Assembly (NCBI GenBank): GCA_009691185.1
Contig: SHVD01000001.1
Span: forward strand, 1-49,511
Direction: 5' to 3'
Length of the DNA stretch: 49,511 bases
Source: Candidatus Nanopelagicaceae bacterium
Lineage (GTDB): Bacteria; Actinomycetota; Actinomycetes; Nanopelagicales; Nanopelagicaceae
Made by a program: the position numbers and the translations under genes. The notes under the pieces are model-generated. The model did no database searches and was not told the origin of the DNA. It worked only from the letters and a program-made list of their open reading frames with translations. Below, in pieces: positions 28,538 through 39,025 of this stretch. Each line of letters begins with the position of its first letter. Position 1 is the stretch's first letter.

Positions 28538-29805
28538 AAATTACCAAGGTTTTTGGTTATCAAGTTTTAGATTCAAGAGGTAGACCGACTGTTGCAGCAT
28601 CGATATCACTCACTGATGGATCAACGCACACCGCTAGGGTTCCCTCCGGTGCCTCAACTGGTTCTCATGAAGCTAAAGAGCTGCGTGATACGGGTAGTAA
28701 GTATGCTGAAAAGTTTTTTGCAGGTTCATCTGTTCAACTAGCTGTCGCCAATATCAATGAAAAAATCGCCCCGGTATTAGTTGAAGAGCAGATAAGTTTA
28801 AGTTCAGTAGATAATAGATTAAGTGAGTTAGATTCAAGTATTGATCACGCCCAGTTGGGTGCTAACGCCACGTTAGCGGTTTCCTTAGCCGCTTCCTTAG
28901 CTGATGCCCATGCACAAAATAAATCACTTGCACGATACTTCACTACCGAAAAACAACTTTCGATTCCAATGCCGATGGTTAATATTTTATCTGGTGGTGC
29001 TCATGCAAACCGGGCTATAGATATTCAAGATATTTTGATAATTCCAGTAGGTGCTAAATCATTCACTCAAGCACTTTCTTGGATTGTAGCAATCCGTGAG
29101 ATGGCAGCTAAGTTGGGCAAAGAATCCGGTGCGGTGACAAATCTAATTGCAGATGAAGGTGGTCTGGCAATTGCTTTTGATTCGGTGGAAAAGGCCTGCG
29201 AGTTTGTCTTAAGATCAATCGAGAAAGTCGGCCTTGTGGTTGGCACCCAGGTGGCGCTTGCTTTAGATGTAGCTGCAACTCAATTTTTTGATGGAAATAA
29301 ATATAATTTAGCAAGTATCAATAAAAGTTACGCACCTGATGAGTTTGTAAAATACATAAGTGACCTAACATCTAACCAGCCAATTATCTCAATTGAAGAT
29401 CCATTTGCAGAAGATGATTGGCAAAGTTGGCAGAAATTTTCTGAAATTGCACCTAAAAAACTTCAGATTATGGGTGATGATTTACTTACAACAAATCTAG
29501 ATCGCTTAAACCAAGCAATTGCTTCTAAGAGTGCTAATGCAATATTGATTAAGGCAAATCAAAATGGCCTAGTCACCTCCACTCTTAATGTCTTAAAACA
29601 AGCAAGGGCAAATAATTTTAATACTGTGGTTTCAGCAAGATCTGGTGAAAATGAGGATTCTTGGCTAGCTGATTTAGCGGTTGGCTGGAGTGCTGGGCAG
29701 ATTAAAGTTGGCTCAACTCATGGCTCTGAACGAAATGCCAAGTGGAATAGGTTACTTGAGCTTGAGGCGACTGAGGAGTGTAAGTTCTTAAATCCTTTTA
29801 ATTAA
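28534..29805 (+). CDS. Divergent enolase-family protein
   Basis: LDSRG.PT, PSGASTG, DEGG, GDDL and RSGE, with non-canonical DIQD and SARSGE. Confidence 0.85.
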   Translation: MKITKVFGYQVLDSRGRPTVAASISLTDGSTHTARVPSGASTGSHEAKELRDTGSKYAEKFFAGSSVQLAVANINEKIAPVLVEEQISLSSVDNRLSELDSSIDHAQLGANATLAVSLAASLADAHAQNKSLARYFTTEKQLSIPMPMVNILSGGAHANRAIDIQDILIIPVGAKSFTQALSWIVAIREMAAKLGKESGAVTNLIADEGGLAIAFDSVEKACEFVLRSIEKVGLVVGTQVALALDVAATQFFDGNKYNLASINKSYAPDEFVKYISDLTSNQPIISIEDPFAEDDWQSWQKFSEIAPKKLQIMGDDLLTTNLDRLNQAIASKSANAILIKANQNGLVTSTLNVLKQARANNFNTVVSARSGENEDSWLADLAVGWSAGQIKVGSTHGSERNAKWNRLLELEATEECKFLNPFN

Positions 29806-31529
29806 TGTGAATGACGTGGCACGTAATCGCCACTGCCACCAACTAAGAAATCAAGATCAGCCCCAAGATGTGCTTGCTGTACATGCTCGATATACATCTT
29901 GCTCCAACCCCGATCTGCTTTAGGCTTTGGCGCTACCCAAGCTGCTTTACGTTTTGCTAACTCCTCGGAGGAAATAAGTAAATTTAATTTACGATTTGGT
30001 ACATCAAGTTCAATCTCATCCCCATCTTGCACAAATGCAAGGGGCCCGCCAGCGGTTGATTCTGGAGAGACATGTAATACCACCGTGCCATATGCGGTCC
30101 CACTCATTCTGGCATCTGAAATTCTCACCATATCGGTGACGCCTTGATCCAGCATTTTCTTTGGCATCGGAAGATTTCCGACCTCAGGAAATCCTGGATA
30201 ACCCTTCGGACCAGAGTTTTTCAAAACCAAAATAGTATCGGCGGTAACTGGCAAATTTGGATCATCAGCTACCTTTAAGTACTCCTCAATCTCATTAAAG
30301 ACAAGTGCTTTACCCTTGTGTGTTAATAATTTTGGTGTGGCTGCTGAAACCTTAATAATTGCGCCATCTGGAGCGAGTGAGCCTTTAACCACCACAATTC
30401 CACCACCTGCTGCTTGAAATGGCTTACTTGCTGGAGTTATTACCTCTTTATTCCAATTTTCAGCACCTTCGATATTTTCCTTAACCGTTTTGCCAGTCAC
30501 AGTTATGTGATCAGTGTGGATTAGATTTGCAATCTCCTTCATCACAGTTGGTACACCACCTGCATCAAAAAACTCTTCCATTAGATATTTTCCACTTGGC
30601 ATCATATTTGCAATTACTGGAACATCTTTACCCAACTTATCAAAATCATCTAGGTTCAACGGAACTCCAACTCGACCAGCAATTGCTAACAAATGAACTA
30701 CTGCATTAGTTGAGCCACCAATAGCTGCCAAGATTTTAATCGCGTTTTCAAATGCTTTACGATTTAATATTTTTGAGAGCTTTAAATCCTCTTCTACCAT
30801 TTTCACAATTCGACGCCCAGATAAGGTGGCTAAAGTAAATTTACGTGAATCAACCGCTGGAATTGCAGCCGCCCCTGGTAATTGCACACCGAGAGCCTCA
30901 GTAACACATGCCATGGTTGAAGCAGTTCCCATCGTCATGCATGATCCTTGTGAACGTGCAGAGCATGATTCCATTGCCATAAACTCTTCAAAACTTATCT
31001 TGCCACTTCTAACCTGTTCACTGTATTTCCAAACTAAAGTTCCAGAGCCAACTGGTTGGCCTTGATATCTACCATTGAGCATCGGCCCACCAGTAATCAT
31101 CAGTGTTGGTAGGTCCACACTTGCTGCTCCCATTAATAATCCAGGTGGTGTCTTGTCGCAATTACCAAGTAATACAACGCCATCTAAAGGATGAGAGCGA
31201 ATTAACTCTTCAACCTCCATCGCCAACATATTGCGATATAACATTGTTGTGGGACGTTGTAATGATTCACTCAGTGACATCGCTGGAAATTCAAGTGGAA
31301 AACCACCTGCCTCCCATACTCCGCGCTTTACAGCTTGCGCAAGATCATCTAACGATCCATTGCAAGGATTTAACTCAGACCAAGTATTGGCAATACCAAT
31401 TACTGGTCTGCCATCAAATACATCAGGGGCATAACCTTGATTGCGAAGTCGCTCTCGGTGGATGTAGCCACCTTTATCTTTTAACCCAAACCAGTACTGG
31501 CTACGGCGATCAAATTTCTCTTCGCTCAC
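29802..31529 (-). CDS. IlvD/Edd-family sugar-acid dehydratase (L-arabinonate dehydratase-like)
   Basis: CDKT, CMTMGTASTM, GGSTNA and SDARMSGTAYG. Confidence 0.9.
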   Translation of the reverse strand: MSEEKFDRRSQYWFGLKDKGGYIHRERLRNQGYAPDVFDGRPVIGIANTWSELNPCNGSLDDLAQAVKRGVWEAGGFPLEFPAMSLSESLQRPTTMLYRNMLAMEVEELIRSHPLDGVVLLGNCDKTPPGLLMGAASVDLPTLMITGGPMLNGRYQGQPVGSGTLVWKYSEQVRSGKISFEEFMAMESCSARSQGSCMTMGTASTMACVTEALGVQLPGAAAIPAVDSRKFTLATLSGRRIVKMVEEDLKLSKILNRKAFENAIKILAAIGGSTNAVVHLLAIAGRVGVPLNLDDFDKLGKDVPVIANMMPSGKYLMEEFFDAGGVPTVMKEIANLIHTDHITVTGKTVKENIEGAENWNKEVITPASKPFQAAGGGIVVVKGSLAPDGAIIKVSAATPKLLTHKGKALVFNEIEEYLKVADDPNLPVTADTILVLKNSGPKGYPGFPEVGNLPMPKKMLDQGVTDMVRISDARMSGTAYGTVVLHVSPESTAGGPLAFVQDGDEIELDVPNRKLNLLISSEELAKRKAAWVAPKPKADRGWSKMYIEHVQQAHLGADLDFLVGGSGDYVPRHSH

Positions 31530-31642
31530 GCTCGCCTTTCTGGTCCACTTTCAACTCTCAAATATTGAGAAATCTCTATGTTAAGGTTTCACATTCTAGT
31601 TCAAAACCAGCAAAAATTCATATCAATGAAAGTGAAGGACAA

Positions 31643-32506
31643 ATGAGAATCGCACGCCTAGGTCTATTAAATAAAGAAAAGCCAGCAGTTCTTGTCTCAG
31701 ATACTGAGGCGGTATTTGTTGATGACTTAGTTGCAGATTTCAATCGAACTGAGTTAGAGAATGGTGCAATTGCGAAGATACAAAAAACAGATTTAACTAA
31801 GCGAAGCAAGGTAAAGATCGCAGATTTTAGAATTGGATCTCCCGTTGCCCGCCCCACTAAAGTTATTTGTGTTGGCTTGAATTACGCAAAACATGCAATT
31901 GAATCGGGAATGACCCCTCCACCTGAGCCAGTTATCTTTATGAAGGCACCTGACACAGTAATTGGTCCTAATGATGATGTGGTAGTTCCACCTAATTCAA
32001 CTAAAACTGATTATGAGGTTGAGTTGTGTGTAGTAATTGGAAAAAATGCACTTTACTTAAAATCACCAGAACAAGCAGCGGAGTTCATTCTTGGATACAC
32101 CATCTCACAAGATGTATCAGAACGTCACTGGCAGGTTGAACGCAGTGGTCAATGGGTAAAAGGTAAATCTTTTCCAACATTTAATCCCATGGGTCCTTGG
32201 ATTGTTACCCAAGATGAGCTTGCAAAAAATAATCTATCAGCTGACAACCTAGCGCTCTCATGCACTGTTGATGGTGAAGTAAGGCAAAATTCAAGAACAA
32301 GTGATTTGATATTCGGTATTAATCATTGCGTTTGGTACATCTCACAATTTATGGAATTAAAAGCTGGAGATGTAATAAACACTGGAACACCCGAGGGTGT
32401 GGGTATGGGATTTAAGCCTGAGAAATTTCTAAAAGGTGGGGAAAATATCATCACTACAATTGAAGGAATTGGTACAATTAAAAATAAGGTTATTAATTTT
32501 AAATAA
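31643..32506 (+). CDS. Fumarylacetoacetate hydrolase family protein
   Basis: CVGLNYAKH, DYEVEL and GDVINTGTPEGVG; start at MRIARLG with GAAGGA RBS. Confidence 0.9.
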   Translation: MRIARLGLLNKEKPAVLVSDTEAVFVDDLVADFNRTELENGAIAKIQKTDLTKRSKVKIADFRIGSPVARPTKVICVGLNYAKHAIESGMTPPPEPVIFMKAPDTVIGPNDDVVVPPNSTKTDYEVELCVVIGKNALYLKSPEQAAEFILGYTISQDVSERHWQVERSGQWVKGKSFPTFNPMGPWIVTQDELAKNNLSADNLALSCTVDGEVRQNSRTSDLIFGINHCVWYISQFMELKAGDVINTGTPEGVGMGFKPEKFLKGGENIITTIEGIGTIKNKVINFK

Positions 32507-34033
32507 TTAATTAATTACTTTATTACTTCGCACGCCATTAATTACCCGCTCAATTCCATAAGGATTACCATTTTGTAACTCTGCTGGTAATTGCTTATCG
32601 GGAAAGTTTTGATAAACCACTGGCCGAACAAAACGGTATACGGCATCTAAACCAACTGAGGTGGTATGGCTCGATGAGGCTGGCCACTGTCCACCATGGT
32701 TTTGAGCGGCGGTGACTGAGACTGAGGTGGGAAATCCATTCCAGATTACGCGCCCGGCAAGTTGAGAAAGTTGATTTACCAAACTTGTTACATCTTCATT
32801 ATTTCCCGCATGAATTGCTGATGCTAATTGCCCACTCATCGCCTTGGCAACTGCTAAGAATTGATCAAATGGTGCCCGAATGATTACTGAGGTTGGCCCA
32901 AAGTGCTCCTCCAATAAATTATCATGATTTTTTACATCTTGCCAATCCACTACAAAAATACTTGGAGTCACACCAAATCCCTCAGGATTATTCACTCCAG
33001 TAATTACCCGAACTGCTTTAGCTTTGCTGATTGAACTAATTGCATCGGTAAATCTAGTGGCAATACCTTTATTTAATAGCGGACCAACTTTTTGTCCTGA
33101 GATATAAGCTTGTACTTGTTCAATAAATTTATCTCCAACGGCATCATTTGGCACAACAATAATTCCAGGCTTGGTGCAAAACTGGCCAGAACCAAGAAGA
33201 GCTGAATCCATTGCAGCCTTTGCTAACTCCTCTGACTTTTCAGCTAAAGCTATTGGTGTAAAAAATACTGGATTCAATGATCCCATTTCGGCGTAAACAG
33301 GAATTGGAATTTCTCGCTCTTGCGATAACTTGATTAATAGCTTTCCAACTAATCCAGATCCAGTGAATCCAACCGCAGTAATCTCTGGCGCTTTTGCCAA
33401 CCAATGTGTGATTTCAGGATTTACACCCTGAACAAGGGTAAATATCTCTTTAGGTAATCCTTGTGAAGTGATCGCCTTGATTACCGCTTCATAAACCATC
33501 TGACAGGTATTTGGGTGTGATGGATGTGCTTTTACAACAACTGGGCAACCAGCCGCCAATGCAGATGCGGTGTCACCGCCAGCGACTGAGAAAGCAAGCG
33601 GGAAATTAGAGGCTGCAAATATTGCCACTACGCCGAGTGGTTGTTGAGATTTACGTAGATCAGGTCTTGCAACTGGCTGGTAATTTGCATCTGCTAAATC
33701 AATGATTGGTAGTAAGTGCGCCCCAGTTTTAACAAGATCTGCAAAGGCACGTATCTGAATGACTGTGCGCATTACCTCACCACTTACTCGAGCTAATGGC
33801 AGAGCTGTTTCTAAGTGAGATATTTCAGCCAGTTTTTCTCTTTGCACTTCAATTTCATTTGCAATCGCATTTAATAAGGCAGCTCTTTGGGTTGGATTTG
33901 TTGCAGCCATTTTGGATTTAACTTTTCCAGCAGATTTAATGGCGGCGCTGGTTTGGTCAAAATCCCATTCCGCTATCGAAGACCCGACGCTTTGACCCGT
34001 GGCTGGATTTACTGCGGTAAATGTCTTACTCAT
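32507..34033 (-). CDS. NADP-dependent aldehyde dehydrogenase (alpha-ketoglutarate semialdehyde dehydrogenase-like)
   Basis: ASNFPLAFSVAGGDTASALAAGCPV, AEMGSLNP and GQFCTKPG. Confidence 0.88.
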   Translation of the reverse strand: MSKTFTAVNPATGQSVGSSIAEWDFDQTSAAIKSAGKVKSKMAATNPTQRAALLNAIANEIEVQREKLAEISHLETALPLARVSGEVMRTVIQIRAFADLVKTGAHLLPIIDLADANYQPVARPDLRKSQQPLGVVAIFAASNFPLAFSVAGGDTASALAAGCPVVVKAHPSHPNTCQMVYEAVIKAITSQGLPKEIFTLVQGVNPEITHWLAKAPEITAVGFTGSGLVGKLLIKLSQEREIPIPVYAEMGSLNPVFFTPIALAEKSEELAKAAMDSALLGSGQFCTKPGIIVVPNDAVGDKFIEQVQAYISGQKVGPLLNKGIATRFTDAISSISKAKAVRVITGVNNPEGFGVTPSIFVVDWQDVKNHDNLLEEHFGPTSVIIRAPFDQFLAVAKAMSGQLASAIHAGNNEDVTSLVNQLSQLAGRVIWNGFPTSVSVTAAQNHGGQWPASSSHTTSVGLDAVYRFVRPVVYQNFPDKQLPAELQNGNPYGIERVINGVRSNKVIN

Positions 34034-34085
34034 TTGCCAACTATAACTAGAAAATTATAAATTAAATATTTCCTGCCTGATCATC

Positions 34086-34409
34086 TCAATATCTAGGAGC
34101 ATTACGTGTGCGCTCAACCTTTGGTTTTCGTAAATTTCGCTTACTCCAACAGATGTTATGCCAGTGCCTGCGCCCACTCTGATCATGTTCCAACCACGCC
34201 ACTGTGTGAGGGGTGGCCATTGGAATAATCTGATCACAGCCCGGACAGCGATATGGTTTATTTGAGGTTGAACCACTAATTTTTCTGACCACATAAATAC
34301 CGTCAGTGTGCTCTTCGATCGACTCATTTGAGGTTGTGATATCCCGCTCATCATCAGGGGCATCGACCCGTTTGCCCTTATTTTTTTGCTTCACTTTACG
34401 TGGACTCAC
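34086..34409 (-). CDS. Conserved actinobacterial small Zn-binding protein
   Basis: YRCPGCDQ..H.VAW..RRHWH..CW. Confidence 0.8.
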   Translation of the reverse strand: MSPRKVKQKNKGKRVDAPDDERDITTSNESIEEHTDGIYVVRKISGSTSNKPYRCPGCDQIIPMATPHTVAWLEHDQSGRRHWHNICWSKRNLRKPKVERTRNAPRY

Positions 34410-34466
34410 AGGATTATTCTCCCGAACAAATTAAGTTTTTATTACCAACTAAGGCAAGATGTCGCC

Positions 34467-35324
34467 ATGAGTAATGCCCCAGCAATTGAAGTACGTGGCT
34501 TGGTAAAGAATTACGGCAGCAAATCTGCAGTTGCAGGGATTGATCTGCGAGTTGAAAATGGTGAAATATTTGCTCTCCTAGGTCCAAACGGGGCTGGTAA
34601 AACTACAACAGTTGAAATCCTTGAGGGTTATCGAAATGCCACAGCTGGTGAGGTAAAGGTGCTGGGCTTTGACCCAGCGACAAAAGGTGAAGCTGGGCAA
34701 AGATGGCGCAATCGGATTGGAATTGTTTTGCAATCAACAAGTGATGCTGCAGATTTAAGTGTTTTAGAGACTATCTCGCACTTTGCAAATTACTATGAAA
34801 AGCCCCGGGATGTTAACCAAGTAATCAGTGAGGTCGGGTTAGAGGAAAAAATTGATTCAAAAGTTCGTGAATTATCTGGTGGCCAACGTCGTCGGCTAGA
34901 TGTTGCACTGGGAATTATTGGTTCCCCAGAATTAATTTTTTTAGATGAACCAACAACTGGATTTGATCCAGAGGCAAGAAGATCATTTTGGGATTTAATA
35001 AAACTCTTAAAATCTGAAGGTAGTACTATTTTGCTTACTACGCATTACTTGGATGAAGCCCAAGCACTTGCTGATCGCGTTGGCGTAATTAATAATGGAA
35101 GAATTATTGAAATCGCAACTCCGCAAACCCTCGGAGGTCGCAACAATGCCCCAGCTAAAGTTTGTTGGCTAGAAGATGGGGTAACAAAGGAAATTTTGAG
35201 TAAAGACCCAACGGCAGAGGTGGCCAAGTTAAGCCAGAGATTTAATGGCCAAATTCCTGAGCTTGAGGTTTTAAGGCCAAATCTTGAAGAGATTTATTTA
35301 AAAATGATTGGCGAGCTTAAATGA
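34467..35324 (+). CDS. ABC-2 exporter ATP-binding protein
   Basis: GPNGAGKTT, LSGGQ and DEPTTG. Confidence 0.92.
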   Translation: MSNAPAIEVRGLVKNYGSKSAVAGIDLRVENGEIFALLGPNGAGKTTTVEILEGYRNATAGEVKVLGFDPATKGEAGQRWRNRIGIVLQSTSDAADLSVLETISHFANYYEKPRDVNQVISEVGLEEKIDSKVRELSGGQRRRLDVALGIIGSPELIFLDEPTTGFDPEARRSFWDLIKLLKSEGSTILLTTHYLDEAQALADRVGVINNGRIIEIATPQTLGGRNNAPAKVCWLEDGVTKEILSKDPTAEVAKLSQRFNGQIPELEVLRPNLEEIYLKMIGELK

Positions 35325-36115
35325 ATCTAATCAATGAAACTATCAGAATTGGGCTGCTGCGATCTAAGTTAGAGTTGAAGCAATTCCTGCGCCAACGCGA
35401 GTCCTTGGTATTCACCTTATTTTTCCCAGTCATTTTGCTATTTATTTTTGGTTCCGTTTTTCAAGACACTATTGCCCCGGGAGTAACTTTTAGCCAATAT
35501 TTTGTTGCCGGCATGGTTGCATCTGGCTTAGTAAATACCGGATTTCAGCAACTGGCAATCACAATTCCCATGGAACGAGATGACGGAACATTAAAACGAT
35601 TACGTGGCACGCCAATGTCTGTTTCATCATATTTTATTGGTAAAGCTTTATTAGTTACTTTTTTGATGATTATTCAAACTGCGCTACTACTTTTTTTTGG
35701 TACCGCACTTTTTGGTTTGAATCTACCTACAGATGTAACCTCTTGGTGGACTTTTACCTGGCTAATAATTCTAGGCAGTGCTTGTTCTACCGTATTAGGA
35801 ATTGCCTTTTCGGTTGTGCCAAAAACTGGGCGGGGAGCTTCAGCGGTTGTTTCACCCATCGTCATAATTTTACAATTCTTTAGTGGTGTGTTTTTTGTCT
35901 TCACCTCACTGCCAACTTGGATGCAACAGTTTGCTGCGCTATTCCCACTTAAATGGCTGACTCAAGGGATGCGATCGGTGTTCTTGCCAGATGATTTTGC
36001 TTCCCAGGAGGTTGTAGGAAATTGGGAGATTGGCAGAACTGCCCTAGTTTTATCCATTTGGCTAATAGTTGGTGTCATTCTTGCTGTCAAAACATTTAAA
36101 TGGGGCAGAGAATGA
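35321..36115 (+). CDS. ABC-2 exporter permease
   Basis: ERDDGTLKRLRGTP; about 6 transmembrane segments. Confidence 0.9.
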   Translation: MNLINETIRIGLLRSKLELKQFLRQRESLVFTLFFPVILLFIFGSVFQDTIAPGVTFSQYFVAGMVASGLVNTGFQQLAITIPMERDDGTLKRLRGTPMSVSSYFIGKALLVTFLMIIQTALLLFFGTALFGLNLPTDVTSWWTFTWLIILGSACSTVLGIAFSVVPKTGRGASAVVSPIVIILQFFSGVFFVFTSLPTWMQQFAALFPLKWLTQGMRSVFLPDDFASQEVVGNWEIGRTALVLSIWLIVGVILAVKTFKWGRE

Positions 36116-36822
36116 AAATTAAATTAATTTTTACCTCATCAATAACAGCTGTATTGCTAGCCTCTACTGCATACGGTGTGACTCCCACACCAAAAGTAAG
36201 CCCTAAGCCAACCTCGACTAGCAAACCGGTGGCATCAAACTCTGCAACCGCATCACCAAAATCCTCCAGCACAACTAAGCCTTCAAAAAAACCAAGTAAA
36301 AAACCTACCAAAAAGAAGATAAAGAAAACTGCTACTCCAATTCCTTCACCACCACCTGAGTGGCCACCAGTTGGATTTACCACCAACAAAGGCATATACG
36401 CAAAGATTCCAAGTAGCAAAGAGCTATTAGGGCTTATTTCAGCAAAAGCTGGTTTAGCAGAGTTAGTTAAGAATTGTGAGTTAAACGCTTGTGGCGCAGT
36501 AATTGTTGCAGCTGATTACACCTGCAAGTGGTGGGAGATTAAATCTACGGTTTATGGAAATGATCCTACTGATCAGAGCAAAAAAATTGTGCTTGGAAAG
36601 CTACGGACCACATCAAAAGAGCTTGCACCTAAAGCCTACGCAAATATTATTTTAGCTAGCAGTGAACCTTTATTTAACCCTGCAGTTGTAGACCCAAATA
36701 CTGGTGAGACTATCCCTGGTGTACAGCGACCAGGAATTTCTGTTGGCGGAATTTCAGCAACTTGTCACAAATCCGGTTCAGTCGAGAGCACGACTACTAA
36801 CACTTATACCCCGGTAAAGTAA
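36112..36822 (+). CDS. Secreted hypothetical protein with Pro/Ser/Thr/Lys-rich linker
   Basis: Signal peptide, low-complexity linker, 4-Cys C-terminal domain. Confidence 0.75.
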   Translation: MKIKLIFTSSITAVLLASTAYGVTPTPKVSPKPTSTSKPVASNSATASPKSSSTTKPSKKPSKKPTKKKIKKTATPIPSPPPEWPPVGFTTNKGIYAKIPSSKELLGLISAKAGLAELVKNCELNACGAVIVAADYTCKWWEIKSTVYGNDPTDQSKKIVLGKLRTTSKELAPKAYANIILASSEPLFNPAVVDPNTGETIPGVQRPGISVGGISATCHKSGSVESTTTNTYTPVK

Positions 36823-36838
36823 GAAAAAAGGAATTAAA

Positions 36839-37159
36839 TTGCTAGGTGGAATCAACAATAGTTTGTTTTTAATCTCATTATCGGGCTTTCTAGTCGTCGC
36901 AGTACTGATTGTAATTTTGAAATGGGCCTTTTCAAGTAATAAATCCATAATTGAGAAAAACAAGAAGATAGGTGCGACCGATCAATATGGATTACTGAAA
37001 GTTGCCCATTCGCCAAAAAATCATATTGAGGGTGAAATGCTCCGGCAAAAACTACTTGAGGTTGGGATTAAAGCGACGTTGACACAAACCACGGAAGGTC
37101 CAAAAATATTAGTTTTTGAAAAAGATCTAAAAATTGCAAGGGCAACTTTAAATAGTTAG
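36839..37159 (+). CDS. Membrane-anchored hypothetical protein
   Basis: N-terminal transmembrane segment, DQYGLL motif; co-directional with the upstream genes. Confidence 0.7.
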   Translation: MLGGINNSLFLISLSGFLVVAVLIVILKWAFSSNKSIIEKNKKIGATDQYGLLKVAHSPKNHIEGEMLRQKLLEVGIKATLTQTTEGPKILVFEKDLKIARATLNS

Positions 37160-37731
37160 CGATTTGCTCCTGGAACCCACAATTGATCGCCAATATCCTT
37201 ATTCGCATAACGGGCTAACACAAATAATAAATCTGATAAGCGGTTTAAGTATTTCGCAGTTACTGGATTTACACCGCTGCCAAAAGAGTGAATCGCATGC
37301 CAAGTCGCTCGCTCTGCTCGCCGTGTTACTGTTCGAGCTACATGTAAAAGTGCTGCAGCCGGAGTACCAGATGGCAACACAAATGATCTAAGCGGTGATA
37401 AATTTTCATTGAATTTATCAATTTGTTTCTCGAGGTAATCAATCTGGGATTCTAAAACTCTAAGCGGTTCATGCTCTGGTTTATCGACCACTGGAGTGCA
37501 TAGATCAGCACCGACATCGAATAAGTCGTTTTGTACTCGGATTAGTAATGTTTTAATCTCTTCATCTTTCAGATTTCCCATGGCCAACACAACACCAATA
37601 GAAGAGTTTGCTTCATCAACGGTGGCATATGCCTCAAGGCGCGGATCATTTTTTGAGGTTCTGCTCATATCCCCAAGTGAGGTTGTGCCATCATCGCCAG
37701 TTTTTGTATAGATCCGGGTTAAGTTCACCAT
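37156..37731 (-). CDS. PduO-type cob(I)alamin adenosyltransferase
   Basis: [16 protein letters not shown] and [10 protein letters not shown]. Confidence 0.93.
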   Translation of the reverse strand: MVNLTRIYTKTGDDGTTSLGDMSRTSKNDPRLEAYATVDEANSSIGVVLAMGNLKDEEIKTLLIRVQNDLFDVGADLCTPVVDKPEHEPLRVLESQIDYLEKQIDKFNENLSPLRSFVLPSGTPAAALLHVARTVTRRAERATWHAIHSFGSGVNPVTAKYLNRLSDLLFVLARYANKDIGDQLWVPGANR

Positions 37732-37768
37732 GACCTCACCCTACCTCAAGCAATTACAATGGGGAATT

Positions 37769-39025
37769 ATGGATCGGTTACGAGTAGTCGGGGGTGCCAG
37801 ATTATCTGGCACGGTTCGAGTTTCTGGAGCAAAAAACTCTGCTCTCAAATTAATGGCTGCCACACTACTTGCCCCTGGAAGATCTACCATCACTAATTTG
37901 CCAGCGATTGCTGATGTTGATTACATGGCTGAATTACTAACTCGATTGGGGTGCAAAGTTGAGGTGGATAATAGTCGCCATGAAGTAAATATTGATGTGC
38001 CAGAAAAATTAGGCCACCGTGCTGATTATGATTTAGTAAGAAAGATGCGAGCATCAATTAATGTTCTGGGTCCGTTGATTGCTAGAGAATTAATTGCTGA
38101 GGTTGCACTGCCAGGTGGTGATGCGATTGGATCGCGTGGACTTGATTACCACATTAATGGTCTTACAGATATGGGCGCAGATGTTAACTCTGAACATGGA
38201 TTTGTTATTGCAAAAGCTCCAAAAGGCTTAAGGGGGGCAAATATAGTTTTAGAGTTTCCAAGTGTTGGTGCTACTGAAAATATTATGACTGCTGCCACGC
38301 TAGCCAATGGAACAACCACAATTGAAAATGCAGCTCGTGAACCAGATGTGGTGGATTTGGGTGAATTTTTAATCTCAATGGGTGCAAAAATATCTGGTCT
38401 TGGCACGCATATGATTAAAATTGATGGCGTAAAAAAATTAAATCCAGCTACTCACGCAACTCTGGCAGATCGCATTGTGTCAGGAACCTGGGCATTTGCG
38501 GCTGCAATGACTAGAGGTGATATCACAATTGAAAATGGCCGTCCTGACCATCTGGAAATGCCGCTTGATAAATTAGTGGAAGCTGGCGCAGTCATTACCA
38601 CTACCAAAAATGGATTTAGGGTAAAGATGGATAAGCGGCCTATCGCAGTCGATGTAGCGACGCTTCCCTATCCTGGATTTCCAACAGATCTTCAGCCAAT
38701 GGTAATCACTTTGAATGCTATTGCCGATGGCACATCTTTAGTCACTGAAAATGTTTTCGAAGGTAGATTTATGTTTGTTAATGAACTACTTAGACTTGGA
38801 GCCAAGGTTCAAGTTGATGGTCATCACGCGGCAATCACTGGAATTGATCAATTATCTGCTGCTCCAGTTGCTGCTACTGATATTAGAGCAGGTGCTGGCT
38901 TAGTGTTGGCTGCCCTAGTAAGTGATGGGGTGACTATTATTGAGGATGCTTTCCATATCGATCGAGGGTATCCAGATTTTCCCTCACAACTACAGTCGTT
39001 AGGTGCAGATGTCAGCAGAGTTTAA
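37769..39025 (+). CDS. murA: UDP-N-acetylglucosamine 1-carboxyvinyltransferase
   Basis: [17 protein letters not shown] and DIRAGA. Confidence 0.96.
   Translation: MDRLRVVGGARLSGTVRVSGAKNSALKLMAATLLAPGRSTITNLPAIADVDYMAELLTRLGCKVEVDNSRHEVNIDVPEKLGHRADYDLVRKMRASINVLGPLIARELIAEVALPGGDAIGSRGLDYHINGLTDMGADVNSEHGFVIAKAPKGLRGANIVLEFPSVGATENIMTAATLANGTTTIENAAREPDVVDLGEFLISMGAKISGLGTHMIKIDGVKKLNPATHATLADRIVSGTWAFAAAMTRGDITIENGRPDHLEMPLDKLVEAGAVITTTKNGFRVKMDKRPIAVDVATLPYPGFPTDLQPMVITLNAIADGTSLVTENVFEGRFMFVNELLRLGAKVQVDGHHAAITGIDQLSAAPVAATDIRAGAGLVLAALVSDGVTIIEDAFHIDRGYPDFPSQLQSLGADVSRV

Noticed and set aside
31103-31642. Long N-terminal extension of the FAH-family ORF
   Set aside because: It overlaps the dehydratase on the opposite strand; the real start is ATG 31643 with an RBS. 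Similar over-extended starts were trimmed for prpB, livK, the PatB-like gene and murA.
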